A stretch of DNA of 46,907 bases from a virus (lineage: Duplodnaviria; Heunggongvirae; Uroviricota; Caudoviricetes): the IMG/VR virus record IMGVR_UViG_2651869724_000014, one strand, 5' to 3'. This document shows positions 8,031 through 17,298 of this stretch, one piece after another (the first letter of the stretch is position 1; each line of letters starts with the position of its first letter). Below the pieces are notes generated by a model. That model was not told the origin of the DNA. It did not search any database and worked only from the letters and a program-made list of their open reading frames with translations. A program made the translations under genes and the position numbers.

Positions 8031-9107
8031 TTACCCCCTGAAGCCCGGTGGAATTTCGGTATCTGGTTCAGAAATGTGATTCACGCAACGCTGGTTATTC
8101 GTACCGCTTACCGGGAGCAACCAGGGGTTTTCAAAATTCCGGTCCGGTCCAAAAAACGTCGTCGCTCGCTGAACAAATTCCGTTCCCGCTTTCCCGGTAG
8201 CCGCCAGATATCTTGCGTAACGCCTCACGCCATCCAGCATGGCCTCTGGTGGCACCCCCTCGCGTAATCTGGCCTTCCAGGCACTGAAAGCGGATTTCTT
8301 CGGGTTTGCCCCAGCACGCAACGGGTACTCCCGCCAGACCTGTTCGAACACATCCGGATAATCCACTCGTCCCACAGACTGCCCGGTGTTTTCCGGAACT
8401 ACCCGATCGGCTTCCCGCTGAATGGCGGAATCGGCTTCAGGCTGCTGCAGTTGGTGTGATTGCTCCGGCCTTGCGGTCATCACCTGCTGCACAGCGCCCG
8501 AATCGGCTTTCAGCGCATACGCTGAATCGGCTTCCGGTGTCGTGCCTGCTGGCTGACCAGGATTGACGGCCTGAACATCCCCTGCCTGGTTCGTGGCGTT
8601 TTTTACGCCATGGACCATAGTATTTTGATCTTCTTGATCTGTATCTTTATCTGTATCTTTATCTGTCGTGACTCGTCGTGACATGTGCGTGACATTTCGT
8701 GACGCGCCGTGACAATCGCCATTTTGTTCCCGCTTTCTTTCCCTCTCTCGCTGCGCCCTCTTGCGCTCTGCAGGAGATTTTGCGGTTTGCGATATATTGC
8801 CGTTGTCCTCTTTAAGCACTTGGCGTTTTTCCCATCCAGTGATTAAATCACCATCAAGTACCCGCCCCTGCATCGTCTGCAAAATTGAATCAATTACCTC
8901 TTCTGTTACGTCGAGCGCACTTGCCAAATCTTCTGTCGTGACATCAATGTGACCTCGCGTGACATTTCGTGACGCGCTCACCAGGAGGTGGATATACACT
9001 GCCATCACTGTTGCAATTGGCTGCCCTGACACCCTGGCAATTGTTCGCCACTTAGGGTCATTTGGCATGTCATGCCATAATCTGAGCCAGGCGTTAGCCA
9101 TACTCAC
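8031..9107 (-). CDS. Replication-initiation / replisome-organiser protein (lambda O analogue)
   Basis: Sits after cro/ydaT. N-terminal MANAWLRLWHDMPNDPKWRTIARVSG. Phased iteron-like repeats lie inside the gene. Confidence 0.65.
   Translation of the reverse strand: MSMANAWLRLWHDMPNDPKWRTIARVSGQPIATVMAVYIHLLVSASRNVTRGHIDVTTEDLASALDVTEEVIDSILQTMQGRVLDGDLITGWEKRQVLKEDNGNISQTAKSPAERKRAQRERERKREQNGDCHGASRNVTHMSRRVTTDKDTDKDTDQEDQNTMVHGVKNATNQAGDVQAVNPGQPAGTTPEADSAYALKADSGAVQQVMTARPEQSHQLQQPEADSAIQREADRVVPENTGQSVGRVDYPDVFEQVWREYPLRAGANPKKSAFSAWKARLREGVPPEAMLDGVRRYARYLAATGKAGTEFVQRATTFFGPDRNFENPWLLPVSGTNNQRCVNHISEPDTEIPPGFRG
8620..8713. repeat. Candidate phage origin: AT-rich tandem repeats plus five TCGTGAC iterons at 10-11 bp phasing
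   Basis: cgtgac at 8667, 8677, 8688, 8698 and 8708, preceded by atctgtatcttt tandem copies and two GATC sites. Confidence 0.5.
8949..8977. repeat. Second iteron cluster (three GTGAC repeats)
   Basis: gcgtgacatttcgtgacgcgc at 8957-8977 is an exact 21-bp copy of 8687-8707. Confidence 0.5.
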
Positions 9108-9172
9108 CTCTTCTGATACCGAATCTTTTTACTCACGAGTTGCCGGAAGCGATTCGATATGGCTATTGTCAG

Positions 9173-9598
9173 TCAATGTACTGCCACAGCATTTCCTGCC
9201 GGGCCACCACGGTTCATCTGATTGAAACCGGCGATTGCCACTGCGACAAAATCATCAGCGTCTCTCACCAATCGCTCCCGCGTCTCCACCAGCTCCCGAA
9301 AATAAGCTGAACTGTGGCTGCGCATTCTGGCCACCAGCAAAGGTGGCATTGCCTTTTCGATCGCTGGTAACAACGCCTGAATTTTTTCAACTGCATCAGG
9401 GGTGTCTTTCTCTACCCAGCGGAAAATTTTCTGGGTATTGCGAGCCAAGGCTTCCGGATGGCTGTCGTCATACAGTTCAGGAAACGTCATACCCAACTCA
9501 AAATAAGCCTGGGTTATTCCAGCTGCTGGAACTTTTTCGCCATCAGGACGCGCCCAGGCATTCATCGCCATGCGGATGTGTTCATGCTTGATTTTCAT
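9173..9598 (-). CDS. YdaT-like protein (CII-position regulator)
   Basis: MKIKHEHI... N-terminus, about 140 aa, directly after the cro-like gene as in Rac ydaS-ydaT. Confidence 0.7.
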   Translation of the reverse strand: MKIKHEHIRMAMNAWARPDGEKVPAAGITQAYFELGMTFPELYDDSHPEALARNTQKIFRWVEKDTPDAVEKIQALLPAIEKAMPPLLVARMRSHSSAYFRELVETRERLVRDADDFVAVAIAGFNQMNRGGPAGNAVAVH

Positions 9599-9825
9599 GA
9601 ATCCTCCCCTTGGTTAGAAGGCGGATTATGATCAGAACCGGGAATGACAACCGTCGGTATGTGTAACTCATATTTGAGCGCCCCGGCAGTGACTGCCTGA
9701 ATTAGCAACGCCCATTTCCACGGAACCTCTTCCCCCCACATGCTGACTGTGGTTTTTGACGTTCCTAGAGCTGCGGCTGTTTTAACAACTCCGCCAAAAT
9801 AGCCTAATACTTCTGATTTTTTCAT
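9595..9825 (-). CDS. Cro-like HTH regulator (YdaS family)
   Basis: MKKSEVLGYFGGVVKTAAALGTSKTTVSMWGEEVP, divergent from the cI-type repressor. The ATG at 9825 is preferred over the longer track ORF. Confidence 0.7.
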   Translation of the reverse strand: MKKSEVLGYFGGVVKTAAALGTSKTTVSMWGEEVPWKWALLIQAVTAGALKYELHIPTVVIPGSDHNPPSNQGEDS

Positions 9826-9854
9826 GAGTCGCTCCATAAAACTGAACGCCAAAA

Positions 9855-9916
9855 GTTTAATAATCAAAACCAAAGAAAGTCAAGAAACAAAACCATCTGT
9901 GTTTTAAAATCAAAAC
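9855..9916. promoter_or_regulatory. OR-like operator triplet between cro and cI
   Basis: GTTTAATAATCAAAAC (9855-9870), GTCAAGAAACAAAAC (9879-9893) and GTTTTAAAATCAAAAC (9901-9916), spaced 22-24 bp apart. Confidence 0.5.
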
Positions 9917-10555
9917 ATGAGCAAGCAAACAATATCTGAACGCATAACCCAACGTATGCATGCGCTAAACCTGAAAGGCAAAGACCTTGTCAATGCCACT
10001 GGCGCATCAAAAGGCTCCGTAAGTCAATGGATGAACGGTGGAGGAGCGCCGTCCTCGCGTTACATAAGTTCACTGGCAAAGATATTGAAAGTAAACGAAA
10101 ATTGGCTTCTTAATGGAGGAGAGTTAAATACAGGTGATTCGCTTGATCTATCTTTACCGCCGATAAAAACGGTTCCGCTACTATCACTTCAGCAGGCAGC
10201 AAGCTGGAGTGATTATATGAAAAATTCCTCAATAACCTCTTGTGTGCAGCTTGTCGGAGAAATCCCGGCCAATACCTTTGCAGTTGTTCTAGAGAGTGAC
10301 AGTATGTCAACATCTGGTGGGGGAGTTTCCATCCCAAATGGTTCAACAGTTTTTGTTGATCCCGATCGAACCGTACAACCAGGAAATATTGTCCTTGCCT
10401 TACCCAAAGGGACCACAACACCTGTCATTCGTAAACTGGAGATAGAAGGGCCGGATATTCTTTTAGTCCCCACGAATCCTCGCTACCCTTCAATTATGCT
10501 GGATGATCTATCTTGCATATTGGGCGTATGCTTTAAAATTCAACAAGATATTTAA
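9917..10555 (+). CDS. CI-type repressor (XRE HTH + S24 LexA-like peptidase)
   Basis: N-terminal HTH LKGKDLVNATGASKGSVSQWMNG. C-terminal S24 motifs ESDSM and VIRKL. Confidence 0.9.
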   Translation: MSKQTISERITQRMHALNLKGKDLVNATGASKGSVSQWMNGGGAPSSRYISSLAKILKVNENWLLNGGELNTGDSLDLSLPPIKTVPLLSLQQAASWSDYMKNSSITSCVQLVGEIPANTFAVVLESDSMSTSGGGVSIPNGSTVFVDPDRTVQPGNIVLALPKGTTTPVIRKLEIEGPDILLVPTNPRYPSIMLDDLSCILGVCFKIQQDI

Positions 10556-10622
10556 CCAACCTCATCTATTTGATTAACTGTATGCCATCGTGGCGATGGC
10601 TTAACAGCTGCCTGCTTAAAAT

Positions 10623-10668
10623 GTTTTGATAAAAAAACATTGACCTAAAAAGTTCATTTTTCTAAACT
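10623..10668 (+). promoter_or_regulatory. PL-like promoter with an overlapping operator
   Basis: GTTTTGATAAAAAAAC (10623-10638) has the same half-sites as the OR sites. TTGACC (10640-10645), a 17-nt spacer, then TAAACT (10663-10668). Confidence 0.45.
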
Positions 10669-10852
10669 TCATTCATTCCCTCACCCCACCCCACCCCACA
10701 GAATGCAGGGCAATACTTCGAGTTACCAGGCAGTGGTCAGGGGTTAAGTAGCCAGCCCGAGGCGTAAGAACATGACGGCAGGGTTCAACTTTAATAACTA
10801 TGCAGCAGGTTTTTGTTCCGCTACCCCGGCGTTAAGGGGAAATGAGGTCAAC

Positions 10853-11008
10853 ATGGATACTATCGATCTTGGCAACAACGAATCTCTGGTGTACGGCGTG
10901 TTTCCCAACCAGGACGGCACATTCACCGCGATGACGTATACCAAAAGCAAAACGTTTAAAACCGAAAATGGTGCCCGTCGCTGGCTGGAAAGAAACTCAG
11001 GTGAGTGA
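10853..11008 (+). CDS. ydfA: YdfA-like DUF1391 protein
   Basis: MDTIDLGNNESLVYGVFPNQDGTFTAMTYTKSKTFKTENGARRWLE matches my memory of Qin YdfA. Confidence 0.75.
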   Translation: MDTIDLGNNESLVYGVFPNQDGTFTAMTYTKSKTFKTENGARRWLERNSGE

Positions 11009-11009
11009 T

Positions 11010-11138
11010 ATGGATTTCGACACAATCATGGAAAAGACTTACGAAGAATACTTCGAAGGCCTTGCCGAAGGCGAAGAAGCTCTCAGCTTCAGTGAGTTTA
11101 AACAGGCGCTTTCCAGCTCGGCAAAATCTAACGGCTGA
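11010..11138 (+). CDS. ydfB: YdfB-like small protein (42 aa)
   Basis: Hand-translated MDFDTIMEKTYEEYFEGLAEGEEALSFSEFKQALSSSAKSNG. Below the track size cut-off. Confidence 0.7.
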   Translation: MDFDTIMEKTYEEYFEGLAEGEEALSFSEFKQALSSSAKSNG

Positions 11139-11167
11139 TAAGCGAAGCAGCACCGCGAGGAATCAGT

Positions 11168-11386
11168 ATGCAGAAACGAGAACCCGTCATCATCGCGCCA
11201 GACTATACCGATGATGAACTTTATGAGTGGATGCGCCAGAAAATTAATGCAGCGCAGGATCTGAAATGGGCCAATGAAGCCAGGGCTAAGCAGGCTGAAA
11301 ATCTGTCCGCTCTGGAGCAGGATATCACCAATCTGGAAAAAGCAGCGGCATTAAGCATTGCCAGAATGATTACATACCCGCGTTAA
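11168..11386 (+). CDS. ydfC: YdfC-like protein
   Basis: 72 aa at the Qin ydfC position. Confidence 0.75.
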   Translation: MQKREPVIIAPDYTDDELYEWMRQKINAAQDLKWANEARAKQAENLSALEQDITNLEKAAALSIARMITYPR

Positions 11387-11726
11387 TAGCTAACCAACGA
11401 AGCTAAGGTTGGTAATTAAGGAGTTCTCCACGGGTGAGGTGGAGTGCGTGCGCCGGACACGGGTGAGCATCCGGCACTGACAGTTTACTGAAAGGATATT
11501 TCCATGAAAAGTCAGACCATAACGCGAAAGCGCACGGCGAGGTAGCTGGTTCATAGATAGCCTGTCGTTAAATTTTCGTCGACCGTGCGCTTCCGGTTGT
11601 GGCACTCCGCGAAATGGCGCGGCGGTAAGTATGGCGGGGTTATTCCTTCCCCGTTGAGGACACCGGGTTGTCAGGTTGACCATACGCTTAAGTGACAACT
11701 CCGCTGCAACGCCCTCTGTTATCAAT

Positions 11727-11784
11727 TTTCTGGTGACGTTTGGCGGTATCAGTTTTACTCCGTGACTGCTCTGCCGCCCTTTTT
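11727..11784 (+). ncRNA. dicF: DicF small RNA (ftsZ-targeting)
   Basis: TTTCTGGTGACGTTTGGCGGTATCAGTTTTACTCCGTGACTGCTCTGCCGCCCTTTTT is the DicF sequence with its terminator, upstream of dicB as in Qin. Confidence 0.85.
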
Positions 11785-11953
11785 AAAGTGAATTTTGTGA
11801 TGCGGTGAATGCGGCTAAGCGCACGCGGAACAGTTAAAACCAAAAACAGTGTTATGGGTGGATTCTCTGTATCCGGCGTTAATTGTTAACTGGTTAACGT
11901 CACCTGGAGGCACCAGGCACCGCATCACAAAACTCATTGTTGAGGGCGCGAAA

Positions 11954-12142
11954 ATGAAAACGTTATTACCAAACGTTAATACGTCTGAAGGTTGTTTTGA
12001 AATTGGTGTCACTATCAGTAATCCTGTATTTACTGAAGATGCCATTAACAAAAGAAAACACGAACGGGAGTTATTAAATAAAGTATGCATTGTTTCAATG
12101 CTGGCCCGTTTACGTCTGATGCCAAAAGGATGTGCACAATGA
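11954..12142 (+). CDS. dicB: Cell-division inhibitor DicB
   Basis: MKTLLPNVNTSEGCFEIGVTISNPVFTEDAINKRKHERELLNKVCIVSMLARLRLMPKGCAQ (62 aa). Confidence 0.9.
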   Translation: MKTLLPNVNTSEGCFEIGVTISNPVFTEDAINKRKHERELLNKVCIVSMLARLRLMPKGCAQ

Positions 12143-12330
12143 ATCCAGTATTTGCACTTATTCTGACGGTTTTTCTTGTTTCCGGAGAGCCAGTTGATAT
12201 TGCAGTCAGTGTTCACAGAACAATGCAGGAATGTATGGCAGCAGCAACCGAACAGAAAATTCCAGGCAACTGTTATCCGGTCGATAAAGTTATTCACCAG
12301 GATAATAACGAAATCCCGGCAGGATTTTAA
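12139..12330 (+). CDS. ydfD: YdfD-like small membrane/lysis protein
   Basis: MNPVFALILTVFLVSGEPVDIAVSVHRTMQECMAAATEQKIPGNCYPVDKVIHQDNNEIPAGF. ATGA overlap with dicB. Confidence 0.8.
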   Translation: MNPVFALILTVFLVSGEPVDIAVSVHRTMQECMAAATEQKIPGNCYPVDKVIHQDNNEIPAGF

Positions 12331-12423
12331 AACAGCACCGTAATAAATATCCAGTTTCATTCTTATATGTCAGCAATGGCAGAGATTTGTTCACACTTAA
12401 ATCTGTGATGAGGTTTACCAATA

Positions 12424-14865
12424 ATGAGCACTGATAAAGAAGAATTTGCACTATATTGCGAAGCAAAAAATGACAAAGTAAGAAAACGCCTAGGAATTAA
12501 AGGTGGTTTTTACTGGACTACAGCAAAAAAATTATCTGTTGCAATCTCCCGCTGCATTACCGCAATGGATGACAACGATTATGATGAAGACGACTTTAAA
12601 AAACCCGTCCGCGTCAATTTGCCCGTTGTTGACGACCTTCCGCCAGAAGGCGTGTTTGATACTGAATTCTGCAACCGCTATGAAAAAGGCGGGAAAGATG
12701 GCATCACAATGACATTTATCGGCCCTTCCCCCTCTGTTCAGGACAAACCAGCCAGCACTGACAATACCAACATCAACGGCGAAGACATGACTGAGATTGA
12801 GGAGAGCATGCTTCTGCCTGTCTCCGGTCAGGAACTGCCCATTCGTTGGCTTGCTCAACACGGCAGCGAAAAACCAGTAACGCACGTTTCACGCGACGAA
12901 CTCCAGGCATTACACATTGCACGGGCTGAAGAACTACCGGCTGTTACTGCCCTGGCTATTTCGCATAAAACCAGTCTGCTCGACTCGCTGGAGATTCGCG
13001 ACCTCCACAAACTGGTTCGTGACACTGACAAAGTTTTCCCTAATCCTGGTAATTCAGACCTGGGACTAATAACTGCTTTTTTCGAAGCATACCTGGACGC
13101 TGACTACACTGATCGGGGTCTGCTGACAAAAGAGTGGATGAAAGGAAATCGTGTTTCACGCATCACCCGCACGGCTTCCGGTGCTAATGCTGGCGGTGGG
13201 AACAAAACCGATCGCAATCCGAATTTAGTACACACCCTCGACACACTGGATGTGGAGATTGCAGCAGCCACACTTCCGATGGATTTTAATATTTATGAAA
13301 TTCCGGGCAGCGTTTATCGTCGCGCAAAAGAAGTAGTCCTGAACAAAGAAAGTCCGTTCAAAGAATGGTCCGCAGCACTTCGTGCAACCCCGGGTATTCT
13401 GGACTATTCCCGCGCCGCTATTTTTGCACTTATCCGAAGCGCACACCCTGAATTTTATCACTACCCGGGACGCCTTCAGGGGTATATCAACGCCTATTTG
13501 ACGGAAACTGATCACGAGAACCCCAGCAAGGAAACTCTCACAGCTGCCCGGCATACGCCGGAAAAAGATATCCTGGAAAAAATTAACCGCGAGGTGGTTA
13601 CTGAGCGTGAAACAGAAGAAGAAAAACCACAACCATCTGACGCAATGGCAGGTGAACAGGCAACAACTGAAACAATGGAACCGGATACAACTGAACATGG
13701 CCAGAACGCGCAGTCGCTGGATGCTCAGTCGCAGGTGAGTTCCGCTAACCAAGTAAAAGTCACCGCTGACGAAGTAAACAAAATTATGCAGGCAGCCAAT
13801 ATCAGCCAGCCTGACGCCGATAAGTTACTTGCTGTATCGCGTGGTGAATTTGTTGAGGGGATTAGCGACCCTAATGATCCGAAATGGGTCAAGGGGATCC
13901 AGACTCGCGATTCTGTGAACCAGAACCAGCATGAATCGGAACGGAACGACCAAAAAGCGGAACAAAACAGCCCAAATGCGTTACAAAACGAGCCAGAAAC
14001 GAAACAATCCGAACCAGTAGCGCAACAGGAACCGGAAAAAGTCTGCACCGCCTGCGGTCAGAGCGGTGGCGGCAACTGCCCTGATTGTGGCGCGGTGATG
14101 GGCGACGCAACATACCAGGAAACATTCGATGAAGAGAATCAGGTTGAAGTTCAGGAAAATGATCCGGAGGAAATGGAAGGCGCTGAACATCCACACAAGG
14201 AGAACCCTGGCGGCAATCAGCATCACGCCAGCGATAATAAAACTGGCGAGGCGACAGATCCCTTAATTAAGGTGAATGGTCATCATAAGCTCACATCCAC
14301 CAGCAGAGCGGGGATTCATCTGATGATCGACCTTGAAACCATGGGAAAAAATCCCGATGCCCCGATTATCTCAATAGGCGCAATATTTTTCGATCCACAA
14401 ACCGGAGATATGGGACCGGAATTTAGCAAGACCATCGATCTGGATACTGCTGGCGGAGTCATTGATCGTGACGTCATTAAATGGTGGCTGAAGCAATCAC
14501 GTGAAGCGCAGTCTGCCATTATGACCGATGAAATCCCGTTAGATGATGCACTACTGCAATTGCGGGAATTTATCGACGAAAACTCCGGTGAATTTTTTGT
14601 TCAGGTCTGGGGTAATGGGGCCAACTTCGACAACGTGATTTTACGCCGTTCATACGAACGACAGGGTATCCCCTGCCCATGGCGCTACTGCAACGATCGC
14701 GATGTACGCACAATCGTTGAGCTGGGGAAAGCCATAGACTTCGATGCCAGAACTGCTATCCCATTCGAAGGTGAGCGCCATAATGCACTTGATGACGCTC
14801 GTTACCAGGCAAAATACGTTTCAGCTATCTGGCAAAAACTGATCCCGAGTCAGGCTGATTTTTAA
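12424..14865 (+). CDS. Large early-region protein with a C-terminal DEDDh 3'-5' exonuclease domain (YdfE-like N-terminus)
   Basis: C-terminus IHLMIDLETMG...VWGNGANFDNVIL...ERHNALDDARYQAKY carries the DnaQ-like ExoI/II/III motifs. A zinc ribbon CTACGQSGGGNCPDCG lies mid-protein. Confidence 0.8.
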   Translation: MSTDKEEFALYCEAKNDKVRKRLGIKGGFYWTTAKKLSVAISRCITAMDDNDYDEDDFKKPVRVNLPVVDDLPPEGVFDTEFCNRYEKGGKDGITMTFIGPSPSVQDKPASTDNTNINGEDMTEIEESMLLPVSGQELPIRWLAQHGSEKPVTHVSRDELQALHIARAEELPAVTALAISHKTSLLDSLEIRDLHKLVRDTDKVFPNPGNSDLGLITAFFEAYLDADYTDRGLLTKEWMKGNRVSRITRTASGANAGGGNKTDRNPNLVHTLDTLDVEIAAATLPMDFNIYEIPGSVYRRAKEVVLNKESPFKEWSAALRATPGILDYSRAAIFALIRSAHPEFYHYPGRLQGYINAYLTETDHENPSKETLTAARHTPEKDILEKINREVVTERETEEEKPQPSDAMAGEQATTETMEPDTTEHGQNAQSLDAQSQVSSANQVKVTADEVNKIMQAANISQPDADKLLAVSRGEFVEGISDPNDPKWVKGIQTRDSVNQNQHESERNDQKAEQNSPNALQNEPETKQSEPVAQQEPEKVCTACGQSGGGNCPDCGAVMGDATYQETFDEENQVEVQENDPEEMEGAEHPHKENPGGNQHHASDNKTGEATDPLIKVNGHHKLTSTSRAGIHLMIDLETMGKNPDAPIISIGAIFFDPQTGDMGPEFSKTIDLDTAGGVIDRDVIKWWLKQSREAQSAIMTDEIPLDDALLQLREFIDENSGEFFVQVWGNGANFDNVILRRSYERQGIPCPWRYCNDRDVRTIVELGKAIDFDARTAIPFEGERHNALDDARYQAKYVSAIWQKLIPSQADF

Positions 14866-14923
14866 TGTTCAACCCTAATTGCCGCTAACCGTATATAGTT
14901 AGCGGCGGTTATGAGATATAGCT

Positions 14924-15127
14924 ATGAGCAGCTTATTTTTAACCGAAGATGAATTGCTAATATTAACGGGCTGCAAATATGCAAGCCACCAGCGAAAATG
15001 GTTAATGGAAAACGGGCTTCCGTTCTATACCAATCGTAGTGGCAAACCGATTGTCAGCCGGGATCTATTTACCTGCAATAAAACTTTACCACCACGCGAG
15101 GTAGAGCCGAATTTTGGTGCGATCTGA
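14924..15127 (+). CDS. Excisionase-like protein (DUF4224 type)
   Basis: Small ORF whose stop overlaps the integrase start (TGATG), in the xis position. Confidence 0.65.
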   Translation: MSSLFLTEDELLILTGCKYASHQRKWLMENGLPFYTNRSGKPIVSRDLFTCNKTLPPREVEPNFGAI

Positions 15128-16209
15128 TGGGAAGACGAAGGAAAAATCCTGAACACGAAAAATTACCTCCAAATGTATACCCAAATAAATATAGTTATGT
15201 ATGGAAACCAACATCCAGAGAATCTGTCACACTAACCGCCATCAAGGATGGTTTAGCTGCTTTATGGAAAAAGTATGAGGAAACTGTAAATAATCGCGAT
15301 CGTGCAATGACATTCGGTCGCTTGTGGGAAAAATTCCTCGCCAGCGCCTATTACAGTGACCTTAGTCCAAGAACACAAAAAGATTATCTGCAACATCAAA
15401 AAAAGTTGCTTGCCGTATTCGGTAAGGTACCAGCGGATTCCATAAAACCAGAACACATCCGTCGATACATGGACAAAAGAGGGGAGCAGAGTAAAACGCA
15501 AGCCAACCATGAAAAAAGCAGTATGTCCCGTGTTTACAGTTGGGGGTATGAGCGAGGGTACGTCAAGGCTAACCCATGTGCAGGTGTAAGTAAATTCAAG
15601 GCCAAAAACCGCGAACGATATGTAACCGACAAAGAATACCAGGCAGTATTAAGCGTTGCACCTCTTCCTGTTTTTATCGCAATGGAAATTGCCTATCTGT
15701 GTGCAGCGAGGGTTTCCGATGTGTTATCGCTGAAATGGGAACAGATTGGAAACGACGGGATATTCATCCAGCAAGGGAAAACCGGAAAAAAACAGATAAA
15801 AGCATGGAGTCCACGATTACAGGCAGCGATCGAAAAAGCAAAACAGTTACCAAAATCTGCCTATGTGATCAGCAATCAATACGGCAACCGATATATGTAC
15901 AAAGGCTTTAACGAAATGTGGGTAGAAGCAAGAAATCGTGCTGGAAAAATTTCAGGTATTTTAACCGACTTCACCTTTCATGATCTGAAGGCGAAAGGAA
16001 TTTCAGACTATGAAGGAAGCAGCCGGGATAAGCAACTTTTCTCTGGTCACAAAACCGAAGGGCAAGTGCTAATCTATGACAGGAAGGTTAAAGTTTCACC
16101 AACACTTGATGTCCCGTTACCTGAAAATATTCCAAGAAAATATTCCAAGAAAATATTCCAAGTAATTCCAAGTGTGATTTTTGTCACTGACTTAATGATG
16201 TGTAAGTGA
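15127..16209 (+). CDS. Lambda-family tyrosine integrase
   Basis: MGRRRKNPEHEKLPPNVY... arm-binding N-terminus and a catalytic region with ARVSDVLSLKW and HDLKAKG. Abuts the tRNA-Ser 3' end. Confidence 0.9.
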   Translation: MGRRRKNPEHEKLPPNVYPNKYSYVWKPTSRESVTLTAIKDGLAALWKKYEETVNNRDRAMTFGRLWEKFLASAYYSDLSPRTQKDYLQHQKKLLAVFGKVPADSIKPEHIRRYMDKRGEQSKTQANHEKSSMSRVYSWGYERGYVKANPCAGVSKFKAKNRERYVTDKEYQAVLSVAPLPVFIAMEIAYLCAARVSDVLSLKWEQIGNDGIFIQQGKTGKKQIKAWSPRLQAAIEKAKQLPKSAYVISNQYGNRYMYKGFNEMWVEARNRAGKISGILTDFTFHDLKAKGISDYEGSSRDKQLFSGHKTEGQVLIYDRKVKVSPTLDVPLPENIPRKYSKKIFQVIPSVIFVTDLMMCK

Positions 16210-16217
16210 TTGAATTT

Positions 16218-16307
16218 TGGCGGAGAGAGGGGGATTTGAACCCCCGGTGGAGTTGCCCCCACTCCGGTTTTCGAGACCGGTCCGTTCAGCCGCTCCGGCA
16301 TCTCTCC
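16218..16307 (-). tRNA. serU: tRNA-Ser (anticodon CGA)
   Basis: Reverse complement GGAGAGATGCCGGAGCGGCTGAACGGACCGGTCTCGAAAACCGGAGT...GGTTCAAATCCCCCTCTCTCCGCCA. 90 nt with a long variable arm. Confidence 0.95.
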
Positions 16308-16400
16308 GTTCAGATGGTTGCCATGATGCCAGGAAATTTGGCATTTTAACAGTCCCTGTCCGTGCAATTTTGTTCAAGTGACGAGTTTGCGAGCAAAACG

Positions 16401-17198
16401 ATGATTAAGTGGCCCTGGAAAGTACAAGAATCAGCACATCAAACTGCCCTTCCCTGGCAGGAAGCACTATCGATCCCCCTTTTAACGTGTCTGACAGAAC
16501 AGGAACAAAGCAAATTAGTCGCTCTTGCCGAACGTTTTTTACAACAAAAACGGCTTGTTCCTTTACAGGGCTTTGAGCTGAATTCATTAAGAAGCTGCCG
16601 GATAGCACTTCTATTTTGCCTGCCCGTTCTGGAGTTAGGACTGGAATGGCTGGATGGTTTTCATGAAGTCTTAATTTATCCTGCGCCATTTGTGGTCGAT
16701 GATGAATGGGAAGACGATGTCGGTCTGGTGCATAACCAACGTATTGTTCAGTCAGGTCAGAGCTGGCAGCAAGGGCCTATCGTTTTGAACTGGTTGGATA
16801 TACAAGATTCTTTTGATGCTTCTGGTTTTAACCTGATTATTCATGAAGTCGCTCATAAGCTGGACACCCGTAACGGCGATCGCGCCAGCGGAGTTCCCTT
16901 TATTCCGTTGCGTGAGGTTGCTGGCTGGGAACACGATCTTCATGCTGCAATGAACAACATTCAGGAAGAAATCGAATTGGTTGGCGAGAATGCGGCGAGC
17001 ATTGATGCTTATGCTGCCAGTGATCCTGCTGAATGTTTTGCCGTACTTTCTGAATATTTCTTTAGCGCCCCAGAACTTTTTGCTCCTCGTTTCCCTTCAT
17101 TGTGGCAACGTTTCTGCCAATTTTATCAACAAGATCCTTTGCAGAGACTGCATCGCACTAATAATACAGACTCGTTTTCGGCGACGAATGTTCATTAA
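16401..17198 (+). CDS. mtfA: Mlc titration factor A (zinc aminopeptidase-like)
   Basis: [23 protein letters not shown]... with the HEVAHKLD metalloprotease motif. Sits between serU and asnT as in K-12. Confidence 0.9.
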   Translation: MIKWPWKVQESAHQTALPWQEALSIPLLTCLTEQEQSKLVALAERFLQQKRLVPLQGFELNSLRSCRIALLFCLPVLELGLEWLDGFHEVLIYPAPFVVDDEWEDDVGLVHNQRIVQSGQSWQQGPIVLNWLDIQDSFDASGFNLIIHEVAHKLDTRNGDRASGVPFIPLREVAGWEHDLHAAMNNIQEEIELVGENAASIDAYAASDPAECFAVLSEYFFSAPELFAPRFPSLWQRFCQFYQQDPLQRLHRTNNTDSFSATNVH

Positions 17199-17298
17199 TT
17201 AACAACTTTGCAGATTAATTAACCAATTGAAATGGCTTATGAAATTTAGTGTTGACAGACAAGGTACCGCTAAGTAATATGCGCCCCGTTCACACGAT

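Larger units (their letters stand above)
1..16217. mobile_element. Qin/Rac-like lambdoid prophage, early/regulatory half (other end outside the window), integrated at tRNA-Ser(CGA)
   Basis: Lambdoid module order: int-xis-exo-ydfD-dicB-dicF-ydfCBA, cI facing cro-ydaT-O-like, then nin-type genes, rusA, Q and the late region. The integrase stop lies 9 nt from the 3' end of serU. Confidence 0.85.

Noticed and set aside
10676-10700. CCCCA microsatellite (tcaccccaccccaccccaca), and the long N-terminal extension of the ydfA-like ORF (10772 start)
   Set aside because: The repeat is short, with no evidence of a function. The YdfA-like homology starts at the internal ATG (10853).
11390-12360. Track ORFs 11390-11725 (111 aa, minus) and 11815-12360 (181 aa, minus)
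   Set aside because: They run antisense to the DicF precursor region and to dicB/ydfD, which are recognisable at the sequence level. They have no RBS and odd composition, so I treat them as shadow ORFs.
12503-14519. Several 60-175 aa ORFs on both strands inside 12424-14865
   Set aside because: All are nested in, or antisense to, the 813-aa exonuclease gene, whose C-terminal DEDDh motifs validate that frame.
14881-14906. 9-bp-stem hairpin gccgctaac-cgtatata-gttagcggc between the exonuclease and xis genes, as a terminator or sib-like element
   Set aside because: It has no U-run, and I can offer no comparative support. It is recorded only as a hairpin.
16218-16307. Apparent compensatory difference in the serU variable arm (GTGGGGGCAACTCCAC) as evidence that the prophage supplies the tRNA 3' half
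   Set aside because: The comparison relies on my memory of the K-12 serU sequence. The second att copy is also outside the window, so this cannot be supported here.
16074-16377. Minus-strand ORFs of 97 and 61 aa overlapping serU
   Set aside because: They read through a canonical tRNA-Ser gene and the integrase 3' end. These are artefacts.
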